IMG/VR virus record: IMGVR_UViG_3300025009_000092
Reading direction: 5' to 3' (one strand)
From: an uncultured virus (IMG/VR IMGVR_UViG_3300025009_000092)
Lineage: Duplodnaviria > Heunggongvirae > Uroviricota > Caudoviricetes
DNA length: 64,000 nt
Shown: in pieces, positions 49,214 through 59,353 of the stretch
How the letters are laid out: every line of letters begins with the position of its first letter
Numbering within the stretch: the first letter of the stretch is position 1
Notes under the pieces: generated by a model
The model's input: the letters and a program-made list of their open reading frames with translations, nothing else
The model's database searches: none
Told to the model about the DNA's origin: nothing
Program-made: the position numbers and the translations under genes

Positions 49214-50019
49214 CCAACCATTTCCTTCTGGGGGAGTATGATAACCGCAGAACCAATTGGGGTGTCGCCGGTGGTAATATCAATATCCTGGCGGTCATTC
49301 CATTGTTCGGCCTTGGGAAGCGTTTTGGTACGATTCCACAAAAAGAATTTGGCGCTGGCAACATCGGCCGGCATATGTTTCTTTACCAGTTTATGAAGTA
49401 TGATCTCCCGTATAGGATAACCTTCCTCATCCCGGACTATATTACCATCGATATCCTTCTTGAATTCTTGGCGATATTCCTTCTCTTCCAGGTTGTAGCC
49501 ACATGCCCGATGATAAAGGCTTTTCGCCACGTTTGCATTAGCTACTTCACGCCCCTCTATAATGGCATAATTAAATTCGTCATCATCGTCCCGCCATTTA
49601 TGTAACGTCTCAACCTCAATCCCCAACAGCCTGGCCAGCTTCTCATCCGTACAACCCAACAAACAATACGACAAAGCCAATGCCGGATGGGTATCCTTCT
49701 TATATATGGGCTCGACCCCTGCGTGCATCTGTTCTTGTATTGCTTTTATCTGCCTTTGGAGTTCATTTATCTTGTTATATCTCCGGGCGCATTTCCTTTT
49801 GACGGTGGAATCATTGGGATTTATCTTCAGGAGGGGAGTGGCCTTGATGGGGCCTTTGCCGGCGGGCTTATACTTGAGTGTTGGCTTCTGTATTGTGTTT
49901 TGGAGGCCTGGGGAGGATTGACGAACCATAATTTTGTACTTGTTGAGGTTGATATATATGGAGCGGGATTTCTGGGGTGGAAGATTTCTTGTTAATTTCC
50001 TTCCCCTTATATTTACCAT
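49210..50019 (-). CDS. terS: terminase small subunit (start uncertain)
   Basis: HTH LGCTDEKLARLLGI...W, VAKSLYHRACGY, AKFFLWNR; upstream of TerL. Confidence 0.75.
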   Translation of the reverse strand: MVNIRGRKLTRNLPPQKSRSIYINLNKYKIMVRQSSPGLQNTIQKPTLKYKPAGKGPIKATPLLKINPNDSTVKRKCARRYNKINELQRQIKAIQEQMHAGVEPIYKKDTHPALALSYCLLGCTDEKLARLLGIEVETLHKWRDDDDEFNYAIIEGREVANANVAKSLYHRACGYNLEEKEYRQEFKKDIDGNIVRDEEGYPIREIILHKLVKKHMPADVASAKFFLWNRTKTLPKAEQWNDRQDIDITTGDTPIGSAVIILPQKEMVG

Positions 50020-50153
50020 ATATATTAGATTTGCGAAGAATCAAAGGAGAATTAATTTTTTATATAATCTTAATAAATGCTTTATGATTATTGAAAAATA
50101 GATTATTATGGAGGTATAAGGCTTCAATATTATCGCTTAAAAGGAGAATAAAA

Positions 50154-50747
50154 ATGAAAAAGAGTTTAGTTGAATTACGAAGGGAATTAAAGCGCAAGTA
50201 CAAATATGATCCAGAGACCGGAATATTTACAAGAAGAGACGGAAAGGTCCATGCCAATAGACTGAAAGAAATATATGCCGATAAACCCGAGCGATGGAAA
50301 GGGGCTGGTAAATTAGTTTTAACCAAAAATGGCTTTGTAATTGACAACCAATATAATGGAGTCTATCTCAGCGGTAAAAGTTATAAAAACAATAGAGCGG
50401 CATTTTTATATATGAAGGGATACCTTCCAGAAGGTATCGTTGATCATATTGATCAAGTAAAAACAAACGATCGCTGGGATAATCTCCGCGAAGTATCCCA
50501 TTCATGCAATTTAAAAAATTCAAAACTCAGCAAAAAAAACAAAACTGGGGTGAAGGGGGTTTTCTATTCAGAAAAGGAAAAAAAATTCATTGTAAATATA
50601 TCAGGGAATAACAAAAACATCCGCCTCGGGAGTTTCAAAACCCTTTTGGAGGCTGCTGAGGCTCGGCATAAAGCAGAAATCGAATTTGGTTATCCAAATT
50701 GTGAAATGAATTCAACGGCTTTGCAATACATCAAAAAACACGAATAA
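50154..50747 (+). CDS. HNH-AP2-type homing endonuclease
   Basis: YDPETGIF, VDHIDQVKTNDRWDNLREV...N, TGVKGV, LGSFKTLLEAAEAR. Confidence 0.85.
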   Translation: MKKSLVELRRELKRKYKYDPETGIFTRRDGKVHANRLKEIYADKPERWKGAGKLVLTKNGFVIDNQYNGVYLSGKSYKNNRAAFLYMKGYLPEGIVDHIDQVKTNDRWDNLREVSHSCNLKNSKLSKKNKTGVKGVFYSEKEKKFIVNISGNNKNIRLGSFKTLLEAAEARHKAEIEFGYPNCEMNSTALQYIKKHE

Positions 50748-50771
50748 TTTATTAAGATTTTAGTTTTTTTC

Positions 50772-50800
50772 TTGACATCCTGTACAGGGCATATTATTAT
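50772..50800 (+). promoter_or_regulatory. sigma70-type early promoter
   Basis: TTGACA-N17-TATTAT with an upstream AT-rich tract. Confidence 0.8.
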
Positions 50801-50900
50801 AAGACATAAGATAAAGATTGAGAGGGAAAGGGGGAGGTTAATCGAGAACCCGATAGGCGGGGATGGTCCAGTTGAGGAGCGCCCCACCAGGAAGCGGATA

Positions 50901-50954
50901 TAGTGTCTTTGATTGTTTGATCAGACTGACGAGCCCATTCAGGGCGAAACACTA
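50901..50954 (+). ncRNA. hammerhead ribozyme (type III)
   Basis: TAGTG-TC^, stem I TTTGATT/GATCAGA, CTGACGA, stem II GCCC/GGGC, GAAA, CACTA. Confidence 0.85.
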
Positions 50955-51443
50955 AATGAGGAGATTGGCCATGAAGAAATGTTTATCCGATGCATTGGCT
51001 ATCGACGAGTTGCGAGTAACACTGGAAAACATATCACATGATGATGATAGGGATATGGAAGATTATAGTAGGGAAGAACTGGTAGCGGAGGCTAATTATG
51101 TTCTTTCTTGCTATTTTGAAGGTGGGCATATGTCAAATGATGAATTGAATTCAGATGATGGCGAAATCAGATCAAGCGCTAAAAAACAGGTAAAAATGTT
51201 ACAAAATTATATTAAAAAATATAGTTAAATAACAACCCCCAACCGAGCCCGGCGGAATCCGGCATTGGAGGATGGTATGAAATTGGAAATAGTCAAATAT
51301 GGGGACGAAAGAAATATCATCGTTAAATCCTGGAAAGAGGTAAAAGAACATTTACAAAGAACAAATCTCCCTCACTGCTTTGTTCTTTCTGAGATCAAAG
51401 GCCATAACTGCTCATTAACCAAAACTGGAAGATTACAAAGAGA

Positions 51444-51515
51444 TTAACCACTTCGAAACCGGCTCCGGCCGGTCATCCAGGGTTCGGCTCCTGGGTCTGA
51501 TGAGATAGCCGGTTA
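51444..51515 (+). ncRNA. hammerhead ribozyme (type II)
   Basis: C-GAAA, stem III CCGGC/GCCGG, TC^, stem I ATCCAGG/CCTGGGT, CTGATGA-G; distal TTAACC/GGTTAA pairing. Confidence 0.8.
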
Positions 51516-51788
51516 ACCAAATCAAAGGAGAATGTCATGAATATCGAACGGGTATATCTTTGCAACGAAGCATTCGGGACTGTAAAAAAGCAGGTTCATG
51601 CTTGGATTGATGGTCAATTCTATCGGATTTTTGGCGAGGGAGATAAAAGGGAAATAAGAAAAGTCATCTCCGCAACAAAACAGCCAAAATTAACCGGAAA
51701 GAAATTGATCAATAAAATTTTAGCCGCAGTCGATAGCAAACCCCTTCCTCCTGTTGCATGGTTTTGAACTTTAAAATAAGGACTCCCC

Positions 51789-52217
51789 ATGACCAGAATC
51801 AATATAGTCCCACCCGCCGAGCTTTGCGACCAACAGCTTATAGCTGAATGGCGCGAGCTAACCAGAATCCCCAATGGTATTGTTGCCGGGAAGTATGTAA
51901 TTGATTTGGAGCAGATCCCCAAACAATACACCGTCAGGACTGAAGATAATCCGGATGGCGGCAAAGGGCATATGAAATTCTTCTTCAATAAGTTAAAATT
52001 CCTGTATCGCCGGTATGAAGCAATCAGGGATGAGCTTGCCCAGCGGGGAATGCCGAGGCGGAGTATGTGGCCTGTTGGTGAATTTATGGTCTGGCCCACG
52101 ATTGATAATATTCTTTGGAACGATTACGAGCCGACCCCGGAAGCAATGACCCTGAACAGAAAACGGATTGCGGAGAAGTTCCCCAAGAAACCAAGATATG
52201 CAAGGGAAAGGTTATGA
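51789..52217 (+). CDS. denV: pyrimidine-dimer DNA glycosylase (T4 endonuclease V-like)
   Basis: MTRINIVPPAELCDQQLIAEWRELTRI...GKGHMKFFFNKL. Confidence 0.9.
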   Translation: MTRINIVPPAELCDQQLIAEWRELTRIPNGIVAGKYVIDLEQIPKQYTVRTEDNPDGGKGHMKFFFNKLKFLYRRYEAIRDELAQRGMPRRSMWPVGEFMVWPTIDNILWNDYEPTPEAMTLNRKRIAEKFPKKPRYARERL

Positions 52218-52671
52218 AGAAATATCCACCGGCCTGGAACTTAACGGCAATCGAACTTGAACTAGCCATTCTGCGTGGGCTTCCGGCCACAGACCTAGTT
52301 GAGCATTGGGAGCGGCTGCAGAAAATCCAAGCCGATCTAGCCCATTTGTTTAAATCAGTTACTTATCAACGGGCCGTAAATTTAGCGGCTCAATCCGATA
52401 TTATTGAGGAGGAAAATCATGAGTAATCGAGCAGGTTTTTGGTTTATGGTTGGATTCATTCTTGTTATAATAATTTCCTTCATCACCTATGCCCCGGAAA
52501 TTATGGGAGTCAAACAGAAACTCGAAAACAAGGCGGTGGGATATGGTCAGCTCAATTATTAAGATCGTTGTCGCCATCCTGTTTCTGATTCTTTTTGGAA
52601 TAGCCGGGGAAATGGATTATCAGGACCATGTTTCCCGGCAAGAACCAACAACCCAGTATTAGGAGATTGAA

Positions 52672-53187
52672 ATGACCCCCAATCACACCAACCAGCTCGT
52701 TGAAAAACATATTTCCCAAGTAAACAAACTCGCCTGGTCCTTTGCCAAAACAACTGGTCATGAATTTGATGACCTCAAGTCGGAAGGAACTATTGCAATG
52801 CTGAGGGCAATCAAGAAATTCAATCCAGATCATGGTTGCGAATTATCCACCTTAATTCATACCACCTGCCGGAATGCCATGGTTCAGTATTTGAAAACCC
52901 AGGGGAAGAAGTTCCCGGCAACGAATGAGGAAGTTGATGTAGCGGATCATAGGCCGAGTGGTCACCAGCGATATGAATTTCTTGAATCCCTCTCTTCCCT
53001 TGGGGCCGAGGCAAAACAGGTATTGCGGATCATTTTCGAGTCACCAAAGGAAATGACCAATATCACAGCGGGAAATTCTGCCGGCAATATCCGGAAGACC
53101 ATTGAACGGACCATGCGGGATATGGGATTCAAGGGCCGGGGGATCGAGCGGGCGTTTAATCAAATCAGATCAACTTTTCAGAATTAA
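52672..53187 (+). CDS. sigma-factor-like protein (region 2)
   Basis: FDDLKSEGTIAMLRAIKKFNPDHGCELSTL. Confidence 0.65.
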   Translation: MTPNHTNQLVEKHISQVNKLAWSFAKTTGHEFDDLKSEGTIAMLRAIKKFNPDHGCELSTLIHTTCRNAMVQYLKTQGKKFPATNEEVDVADHRPSGHQRYEFLESLSSLGAEAKQVLRIIFESPKEMTNITAGNSAGNIRKTIERTMRDMGFKGRGIERAFNQIRSTFQN

Positions 53188-53402
53188 GGTGGGGATATGG
53201 CAAAGCAAACCAAGGAAGAAAAGGTCATTGAATTTTTAAAATCAAGGGGACTTGTCGAGATCCTGCCTTCCAAATCCAGGAAATATCGACAATTTAAAAA
53301 GGCGGACGATTCGGTATATTCCTATTGGGTTGGCAGAAAAGGTGCCTGCAGAAAAGGAAAAGTTTCATCCCAGTCAATCCCCATAACCTTGACCTTATTG
53401 TA

Positions 53403-55310
53403 ATGCAACTCCGCCAACTCATAAAGACCGATCCGGACTATACTATTGCCGCGCTTCTCCATCTTTTTGGTGGAGATAAGGTTTTCAAATGTACTGAGCG
53501 GAAGATCCTTAAAATCCTGGCGCGGCAATATGAATCAACCGGTTTGCTCTCTGATCCGCAGCTGCAAGCTGCCGCCAGAATACTGCCGAAATACCATGAT
53601 AAGTTGGCCGGCTTGGAAGTTATTGCCTCTCCTGAAAAGAAAGAACTCCCCTCGCAATATGACAAAATCGCCTGGCTTGATGGTATCTCAATCCGCCTGA
53701 AAACCAATGACCGAGCCGATGCCATCCGCACCAAACAACTATTCAATCGACGATACCGGGCCAGCGATGATTCATATAGCTGTCAATTTACCCTTGATAA
53801 TCTTCTCCACCTCAAGGAATGGGGGTTCTCTTTCCATCGGGATCTGCGCCGGAAGCAACGAAAAGTCTGCCGCAAAGCATCGACTCTAACCAATAGAATT
53901 GAGACCCCCGGCCTGCCTGGAACCCTCCGCGAATACCAAAACGAAGGAGTAAATTTCATCCACGCAAAAGGCGGCCGGGCTTTACTCGGGGACGATATGG
54001 GTCTCGGCAAAACGGTCCAGGCTCTTGCATATTGTCATCTCATCAAAGAAACTCCGATCCTGATAGTCACAACTGGTGGATCAAAATTGAATTGGAGAAA
54101 TGAAGTAAACATCTGGCTCCCGGGAAGATCAATCTTTATTTGTAAGGGTCGGAAACCTGGTATCAAAAAGATCAAGGAGCAGGTTACAATAATCAATTAC
54201 GATATCCTCAAGGCCTGGGAACCGGTATTATTAGCTACGGATTTCAAGGTATTGATTGGTGATGAAATTCACTATATTAAAAACCCCAAGGCCAACCGTT
54301 CAAAGGCATTCAAGAGCCTTGGTACCTCAATTGAAAAATTCATTGCCATGTCCGGTACCCCTTTTGATAACCGGCCTATCGAGTTGTTTGCCGCCGTAAA
54401 TCTTCTTTCCCCCTGGCTCTTCCCTTCCTATTGGGATTATGCCAAGCGCTATTGTGGCGCTTATGAAGGAGATTGGGGATGGGTCGTAACCGGGGCCAGC
54501 CATATCCCAGAATTATATGAAAAGCTGCAGTATATAATGATCCGGAGAAATAAGGTCGATGTTCTCAAGGAACTCCCTGATAAGATCCGTTCGATCATCC
54601 CGATTGAATATGACGAAAAGATATACGCTGCCGGCATGAAAGAATTCAAAGCCTGGGCTGACCGAGACTGGAAAAGAGATGATGAAGGCCGGATGCAGAC
54701 CTTTGAATATAACCCGGCTGCAGCCATGGTCCAGATTGAAAAATTGAAGTTTGCCTGCGCGAAAAGTAAGATGCCGGCAGTTTATGAATGGATTGAGGAA
54801 TTTCTTGAAACGGATGATAAACTGGTGGTTTTTTGCGAACATCAAGAGATCCAGCAAATGCTATTGGAGCAATTCAAAAAGATTGCCGTCCACTCCAAGG
54901 TTAAAACTTCCGTTTATGAATTCCAGAAATGTGATGCCTGCGGGGTAGTTCAGGACAAGCACAAAAGTGATCCTACCGCCTGTGAACAATATACTCCGAA
55001 CCTGAAAGCAAGATTATTTATCGGCGGGAAGGATGCCATTGAAGCAATCACCCTTACTGCCGCCAGGGCGACTTGTACCGTCGAATTCTGGTGGACCTGG
55101 ACCAAGCACGCTCAGGCTGAAGACCGCGTGTACAGGATCGGTCAAGAGCATGATTCGGTGAATGCCTTTTATTTAATCGCTGACGGAACCATCGAAAATG
55201 ATATAATAAAGCTGCTGGATAAAAAGAGGAAGGTTTTCGATGGAGCTTTGGATGGAATTGAAACGGAAAAAGATGATTTATTGGCCGGTTTATTGAAAAA
55301 ATTAGTATAA
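53403..55310 (+). CDS. SNF2-family helicase
   Basis: LREYQNEGV, LLGDDMGLGKT, DEIH, SGTP, QAEDRVYRIGQ. Confidence 0.9.
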   Translation: MQLRQLIKTDPDYTIAALLHLFGGDKVFKCTERKILKILARQYESTGLLSDPQLQAAARILPKYHDKLAGLEVIASPEKKELPSQYDKIAWLDGISIRLKTNDRADAIRTKQLFNRRYRASDDSYSCQFTLDNLLHLKEWGFSFHRDLRRKQRKVCRKASTLTNRIETPGLPGTLREYQNEGVNFIHAKGGRALLGDDMGLGKTVQALAYCHLIKETPILIVTTGGSKLNWRNEVNIWLPGRSIFICKGRKPGIKKIKEQVTIINYDILKAWEPVLLATDFKVLIGDEIHYIKNPKANRSKAFKSLGTSIEKFIAMSGTPFDNRPIELFAAVNLLSPWLFPSYWDYAKRYCGAYEGDWGWVVTGASHIPELYEKLQYIMIRRNKVDVLKELPDKIRSIIPIEYDEKIYAAGMKEFKAWADRDWKRDDEGRMQTFEYNPAAAMVQIEKLKFACAKSKMPAVYEWIEEFLETDDKLVVFCEHQEIQQMLLEQFKKIAVHSKVKTSVYEFQKCDACGVVQDKHKSDPTACEQYTPNLKARLFIGGKDAIEAITLTAARATCTVEFWWTWTKHAQAEDRVYRIGQEHDSVNAFYLIADGTIENDIIKLLDKKRKVFDGALDGIETEKDDLLAGLLKKLV

Positions 55311-55316
55311 TAAAAT

Positions 55317-55667
55317 ATGAAACTTATAATAGCTGGAAGCAGAACAATTACCGATATAAAATGGATCAGAAAGGCAATCCATAAAAACAATATTTCCATA
55401 GATAATATTGAACAAATTGTAAGTGGAGGAGCGCGAGGTGTCGATTTATTAGGAGAAAAATTCGCTAATAAATTTTCAATCCCCGTAAAAAGATTTCCTG
55501 CAAACTGGATAAGATATGGAAATTCTGCTGGATATATAAGGAACTCAGAAATGGCAAAATATGCAGATTGTCTGCTTGCTATCTGGGATGGCCAATCAAA
55601 CGGAACAAAACATATGATAAATCTGATGAAAAAAGAAAACAAAACAGTTTTCATTTATATCCCATGA
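55317..55667 (+). CDS. SLOG/YspA-like (DUF2493) protein
   Basis: IIAGSR, VSGGARGVD, AGYIRNSEMA, WDGQSNGT. Confidence 0.8.
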   Translation: MKLIIAGSRTITDIKWIRKAIHKNNISIDNIEQIVSGGARGVDLLGEKFANKFSIPVKRFPANWIRYGNSAGYIRNSEMAKYADCLLAIWDGQSNGTKHMINLMKKENKTVFIYIP

Positions 55668-56605
55668 TTGATATCATCAAACTATACCGAGACTTCAATA
55701 TTGAATATCGGGATCATGGGCACAAGCATTGCCGCGCTGGTTGGGTGCAGATTGAGTGTCCACTATGTAATGGTAATGCGGGCTTCCATCTCGGTTATTG
55801 TATTGATTCTCGGAGTAAGTTTGCCGGCGCTTTTGTCTGCTGGCGTTGTGGTGGTCACCAATCGGCCAAAGTCCTGAAAGAAATCCTGCAGAAACCCATC
55901 ACGCAAATTAAAGAGATACTTCGCCAGTACCGCCTTTCAGGCGGGTCCGGCCCATCTATAGACGCCCAGATTAAACTCATCAAGTCCAGCTTCAAGTACC
56001 CCTCTGGTACCGGCCCTCTGCAAGAACATCATCGGAAATATCTCCAGAAACGCAAATTTGACCCAGATTATATTGAAAAGGAATGGGGGATTCTTGGGAC
56101 CGGACCTATTTCCTCCCTATCAATTGGAAGAGGGAAAGAACAGAAAATCATTGATTACAGTAACCGGATCATCATACCAATTGAATGGGATGATAAAGTA
56201 GTTTCTTTCCAGGGCAGACATATTACCGAACGACACAAAATGAAATACCTGGCCTGCCCGGAGGAACGGGAAATCATCAATCTCAAGACAATCTGTTATG
56301 GCCGGTCAGATGGGAAGCGAGCGGTTATTGTCGAGGGGGTGACGGATGTCTGGCGGTTGGGATTTGGTGCTTTGTCTTTATTTGGCATAAAATATACCCT
56401 GGCACAAGTGAAATTATTGAGTAAGTTTGAAATGCTTTTTATACTTTTTGATCCAGAAGATCAGGCCCAGGAGCAGGCCAGAAAACTGGAAGCAGCGTTA
56501 AATTTTCGTGGAGTCAAAACCAAGATTCTGGATGGATTTAGAACAGATCCAGGCAAGATGAAGCAGGTAGATGCTAATCATTTGATGGAGGATTTGGGAT
56601 TATGA
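55664..56605 (+). CDS. DNA primase (zinc finger plus Toprim domain)
   Basis: CPLC...CWRC, RIIIP, FQGR, IVEGVTD, LFD. Confidence 0.8.
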   Translation: MIDIIKLYRDFNIEYRDHGHKHCRAGWVQIECPLCNGNAGFHLGYCIDSRSKFAGAFVCWRCGGHQSAKVLKEILQKPITQIKEILRQYRLSGGSGPSIDAQIKLIKSSFKYPSGTGPLQEHHRKYLQKRKFDPDYIEKEWGILGTGPISSLSIGRGKEQKIIDYSNRIIIPIEWDDKVVSFQGRHITERHKMKYLACPEEREIINLKTICYGRSDGKRAVIVEGVTDVWRLGFGALSLFGIKYTLAQVKLLSKFEMLFILFDPEDQAQEQARKLEAALNFRGVKTKILDGFRTDPGKMKQVDANHLMEDLGL

Positions 56606-56890
56606 CTGACCAGATTGAAGAAAAACAGGAATCCAAAACGAGGGAGAAATGGACAATATCATCTTATTATGGCGGCAAGAAGGTTACGGTTTTGAAGTGC
56701 GATCACGGTTATGAAGAGGCGAAAAAGTACGCCGACCGGATTTATTTGGATCAGATATCCTATGAAAAGACAATGGCCGGGACATCGCCAAATAACCTTA
56801 ACCAGTTCATTTAATAGGAGAATATAAAAATTTAAATTAACCAAAAATAAAGATTTAAATTTTTATATAATTAAATTATATTATCCTATT

Positions 56891-56987
56891 AAGAAGGTCG
56901 CGCTTCTTATTCGGTTTGAATTGTTGATCCCCCTGGATTATGAGTAGGTAACCGACCTGCGCGACCTCATTTTCCAGGGGGATTTTT
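56891..56987 (+). ncRNA. structured leader upstream of the initiator gene (two hairpins with loop-bulge complementarity)
   Basis: AAGAAG-[GTCGCG]-CTTCTT; long hairpin ATCCCCCTGGA/TCCAGGGGGAT containing a CGCGAC bulge and followed by a T-run. Confidence 0.55.
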
Positions 56988-57006
56988 CATTTATGGAGAT
57001 TTGCGG

Positions 57007-57921
57007 ATGGAAGTTTTTGATCAAGATAAACCGAAAAGAAAAGTAAAGGGTATTTGGATTCCTATTGAAATTTGGGAGTGTAAAATCTTAACTCTGCAGC
57101 AAAAAGTATTCCTCGCCGAAATAGATAGTCTTGATCATGGGAATGGTTGTTATGCTAAGAATAAATGGTTCTCTAAACAATTTGGAATTTCTCAAGATCG
57201 AGCATCAAGGGTAATTGGAAGTTTGATTGATCTTGGATTGGTTTCTTCAAAACTTATTTATAAAACCAATTCAAAAGAAGTCGAAAAAAGATTGTTAAAA
57301 ATGATTGCCCCCCTCCCGGTAGAAATACCTATAGGCCCCGGTGAAAGTACCGATACCCCCCCCGGTAAAAACACCGAGGATATAATATATAAAAAAGATA
57401 ATATAGATAATAAAAGAATATATGGCAATGTTCCTGCGGAACAATTGCCGAATGATTCTAATGATAGAAGTCTTAAAGCATGGAGTGAAGTAATTTTAAA
57501 TAACCCCTCCAAAATTAATTTAAATAAAACCCTCCAAAGAAAAGCAACAAAAGTTCTTTCCAGACTTAATCAACTTGGTTCCAAACCAAGAGGGTTCCGG
57601 CCAGTCCCTGAAAATTTGAAATATATAATATCCCGCCTGAAGGATGGATTTTCCGTACAGGATTGTTTCCAAGTTCTTGAAACAAAAATCCATGATCCTT
57701 GGTTTGAAGAAAATCCAAAACTTTATAATCCAGAAACATTATTCCGCCCCAAAAACTTCGAAAAATACCTGAATGAAAAAGTACAGGACTATGAAAAGAA
57801 ACAACCAGGGGTAGCCAATGGCTCAGGCATCTCCGGCAATATTGATTATTCACTCAGGCCAGGAAGAGACAAAAAAATAAAAGTCGACAAAACCAATTGG
57901 GGGAAATACGATAATGAATGA
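57007..57921 (+). CDS. phage replication initiator (N-terminal HTH, conserved C-terminal domain)
   Basis: GCYAKNKWFSKQFGIS..RASRVI..L; C-terminal RLKDGFS...PETLFRPKNFEKYLNE. Confidence 0.8.
   Translation: MEVFDQDKPKRKVKGIWIPIEIWECKILTLQQKVFLAEIDSLDHGNGCYAKNKWFSKQFGISQDRASRVIGSLIDLGLVSSKLIYKTNSKEVEKRLLKMIAPLPVEIPIGPGESTDTPPGKNTEDIIYKKDNIDNKRIYGNVPAEQLPNDSNDRSLKAWSEVILNNPSKINLNKTLQRKATKVLSRLNQLGSKPRGFRPVPENLKYIISRLKDGFSVQDCFQVLETKIHDPWFEENPKLYNPETLFRPKNFEKYLNEKVQDYEKKQPGVANGSGISGNIDYSLRPGRDKKIKVDKTNWGKYDNE
57315..57375. repeat. three iteron-like repeats (putative origin)
   Basis: CCCGGTAGAAATACC, CCCGGTGAAAGTACC, CCCGGTAAAAACACC, followed by an AT-rich tract. Confidence 0.65.
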
Positions 57922-58603
57922 TTTTGAAGATAAATTCCAAGAAGAAGTCAAAAACCAAAAATGTCAATGCGGGGATAAAGTAAGTTTCGGCTGCAACGAT
58001 CAATGCCGGCTTTGCTACTATACCAATAAATTTCAATCCAAAAGTATCTTGACCCATCTTATCGATGCCGGCACCCCATCAAAAACGGCCCGTAGAGCGA
58101 TGAGGATAGCCCAGGACGCAGCTGAAAAGGAATGGTCGGTCCTTCCTATCTCTATCCAAGAAAACTTCAAACAGAGCCTATTCCTATCCGGAGAAGCCAG
58201 GCAGGGGAAAACGACCGCGGCGGTCTGCTCCATGCTCTATCATATGGAACAATACAATATGGTCAAGGAGCACCTGAATCCCAGAGCTACCTTTCTTTTT
58301 GAATCGTCTCCGCAGTTGATCCAGAATCTTCAGAAATCATTTAAACTCTCCGCCGGGGAAGAGCAGGCAATCATGGATAGATACAAGAATGTGGATTTTC
58401 TGATCTTGGATGATTTTGGAGTGGAGAAACCAACTGAGTGGGCTTTCACGGTAATGTATTTGATTCTGACCCATCGATACGAAGAGGATAAACAAACTAT
58501 TTTTACCAGTAATTTCAATATTGACCAGATTGCTAAACGCTATGGAGATGAGCGATTGACCCGCAGGATCATGGATTGGTGTAATATTTTTGAATTGGCG
58601 TAA
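57914..58603 (+). CDS. DnaC/IstB-like helicase loader
   Basis: GEARQGKT, LILDDFGVE, RYE...TIFTSN, RL.RRI. Confidence 0.85.
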   Translation: MNDFEDKFQEEVKNQKCQCGDKVSFGCNDQCRLCYYTNKFQSKSILTHLIDAGTPSKTARRAMRIAQDAAEKEWSVLPISIQENFKQSLFLSGEARQGKTTAAVCSMLYHMEQYNMVKEHLNPRATFLFESSPQLIQNLQKSFKLSAGEEQAIMDRYKNVDFLILDDFGVEKPTEWAFTVMYLILTHRYEEDKQTIFTSNFNIDQIAKRYGDERLTRRIMDWCNIFELA

Positions 58604-58650
58604 AATAAATCAGCAGAAAACTGATTGAAAAAGTATAATAGGATAGAAGA
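58602..58650 (+). promoter_or_regulatory. promoter/operator, copy 2
   Basis: near-identical to 7942-7991; AATCAG-N7-CTGATT and TATAAT. Confidence 0.7.
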
Positions 58651-58978
58651 AAGATCAAAAGTAATTGAAATTAACCAATATCTGGAAATTAAATGTTTCA
58701 TTTCTATCATATAGATTGGAGTGGCGAATGGGATTTTACGCGGGCTGTCTCAGCAGCTTGGCCGCGACCATTGCTCTCCGATAAACCAGGTCTGCTTGGC
58801 ATCCGCCCCGAAAAGCGGGCCAGACCACGCCAACAAGATTATGGCTAGCTTCAAGCGCCGGCCAGACTGAGACTGCCCATTTGCGGCGCAAACATAAGTA
58901 GCAAGATACTAGAATATAATCTTCTGAGGAGTACTCAAAGACCCCATACCTGTAAAGGATGGGGTTGAGGCAGTGAAT

Positions 58979-59183
58979 GAGCATGGTGGCGGAATGGCAG
59001 ACGCTAAACTATGGGGTCATGCGGGATCGGAGACAGAGCCTTGCTGTAAGACAAGTCAGGTAAACACTCGGGAAGCAAGGGCGGTCCAAAAACTTGATGA
59101 AAATATTAACCAATGTCCCACTGATGTGGTGCTGACTAACATCAAGCATATGCAAGCTGCAGGTTCAAGTCCTGCCCATGCTC
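58979..59183 (+). ncRNA. tRNA-shaped RNA 3 (Leu-type D-arm) with about 155 nt in place of the anticodon and variable arms
   Basis: GAGCATGG/CCATGCTC acceptor; TGGCGGAATGGCAGACGC D-arm; GCAGG-TTCAAGT-CCTGC T-arm. Confidence 0.7.
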
Positions 59184-59353
59184 GCAATTATTTATTTTGA
59201 GGACGAGTACAAGCCAATTCAATCTAGGATAGGAGGTAGCGCCATGTAGAGCCCCTAAAAAGGGCAAGCAAGAAATCACACAGGCGATAGCCAACTAAGC
59301 AACAGATCACAATCTGATCGGCCCAAAAAGAGCAGGCGCTCAGCAAAGGGCTT

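Noticed and set aside
51236..51270. Small GC hairpin CCGG-CGGAAT-CCGG between early ORFs as a third ribozyme
   Set aside because: No catalytic core of a known ribozyme class could be identified.
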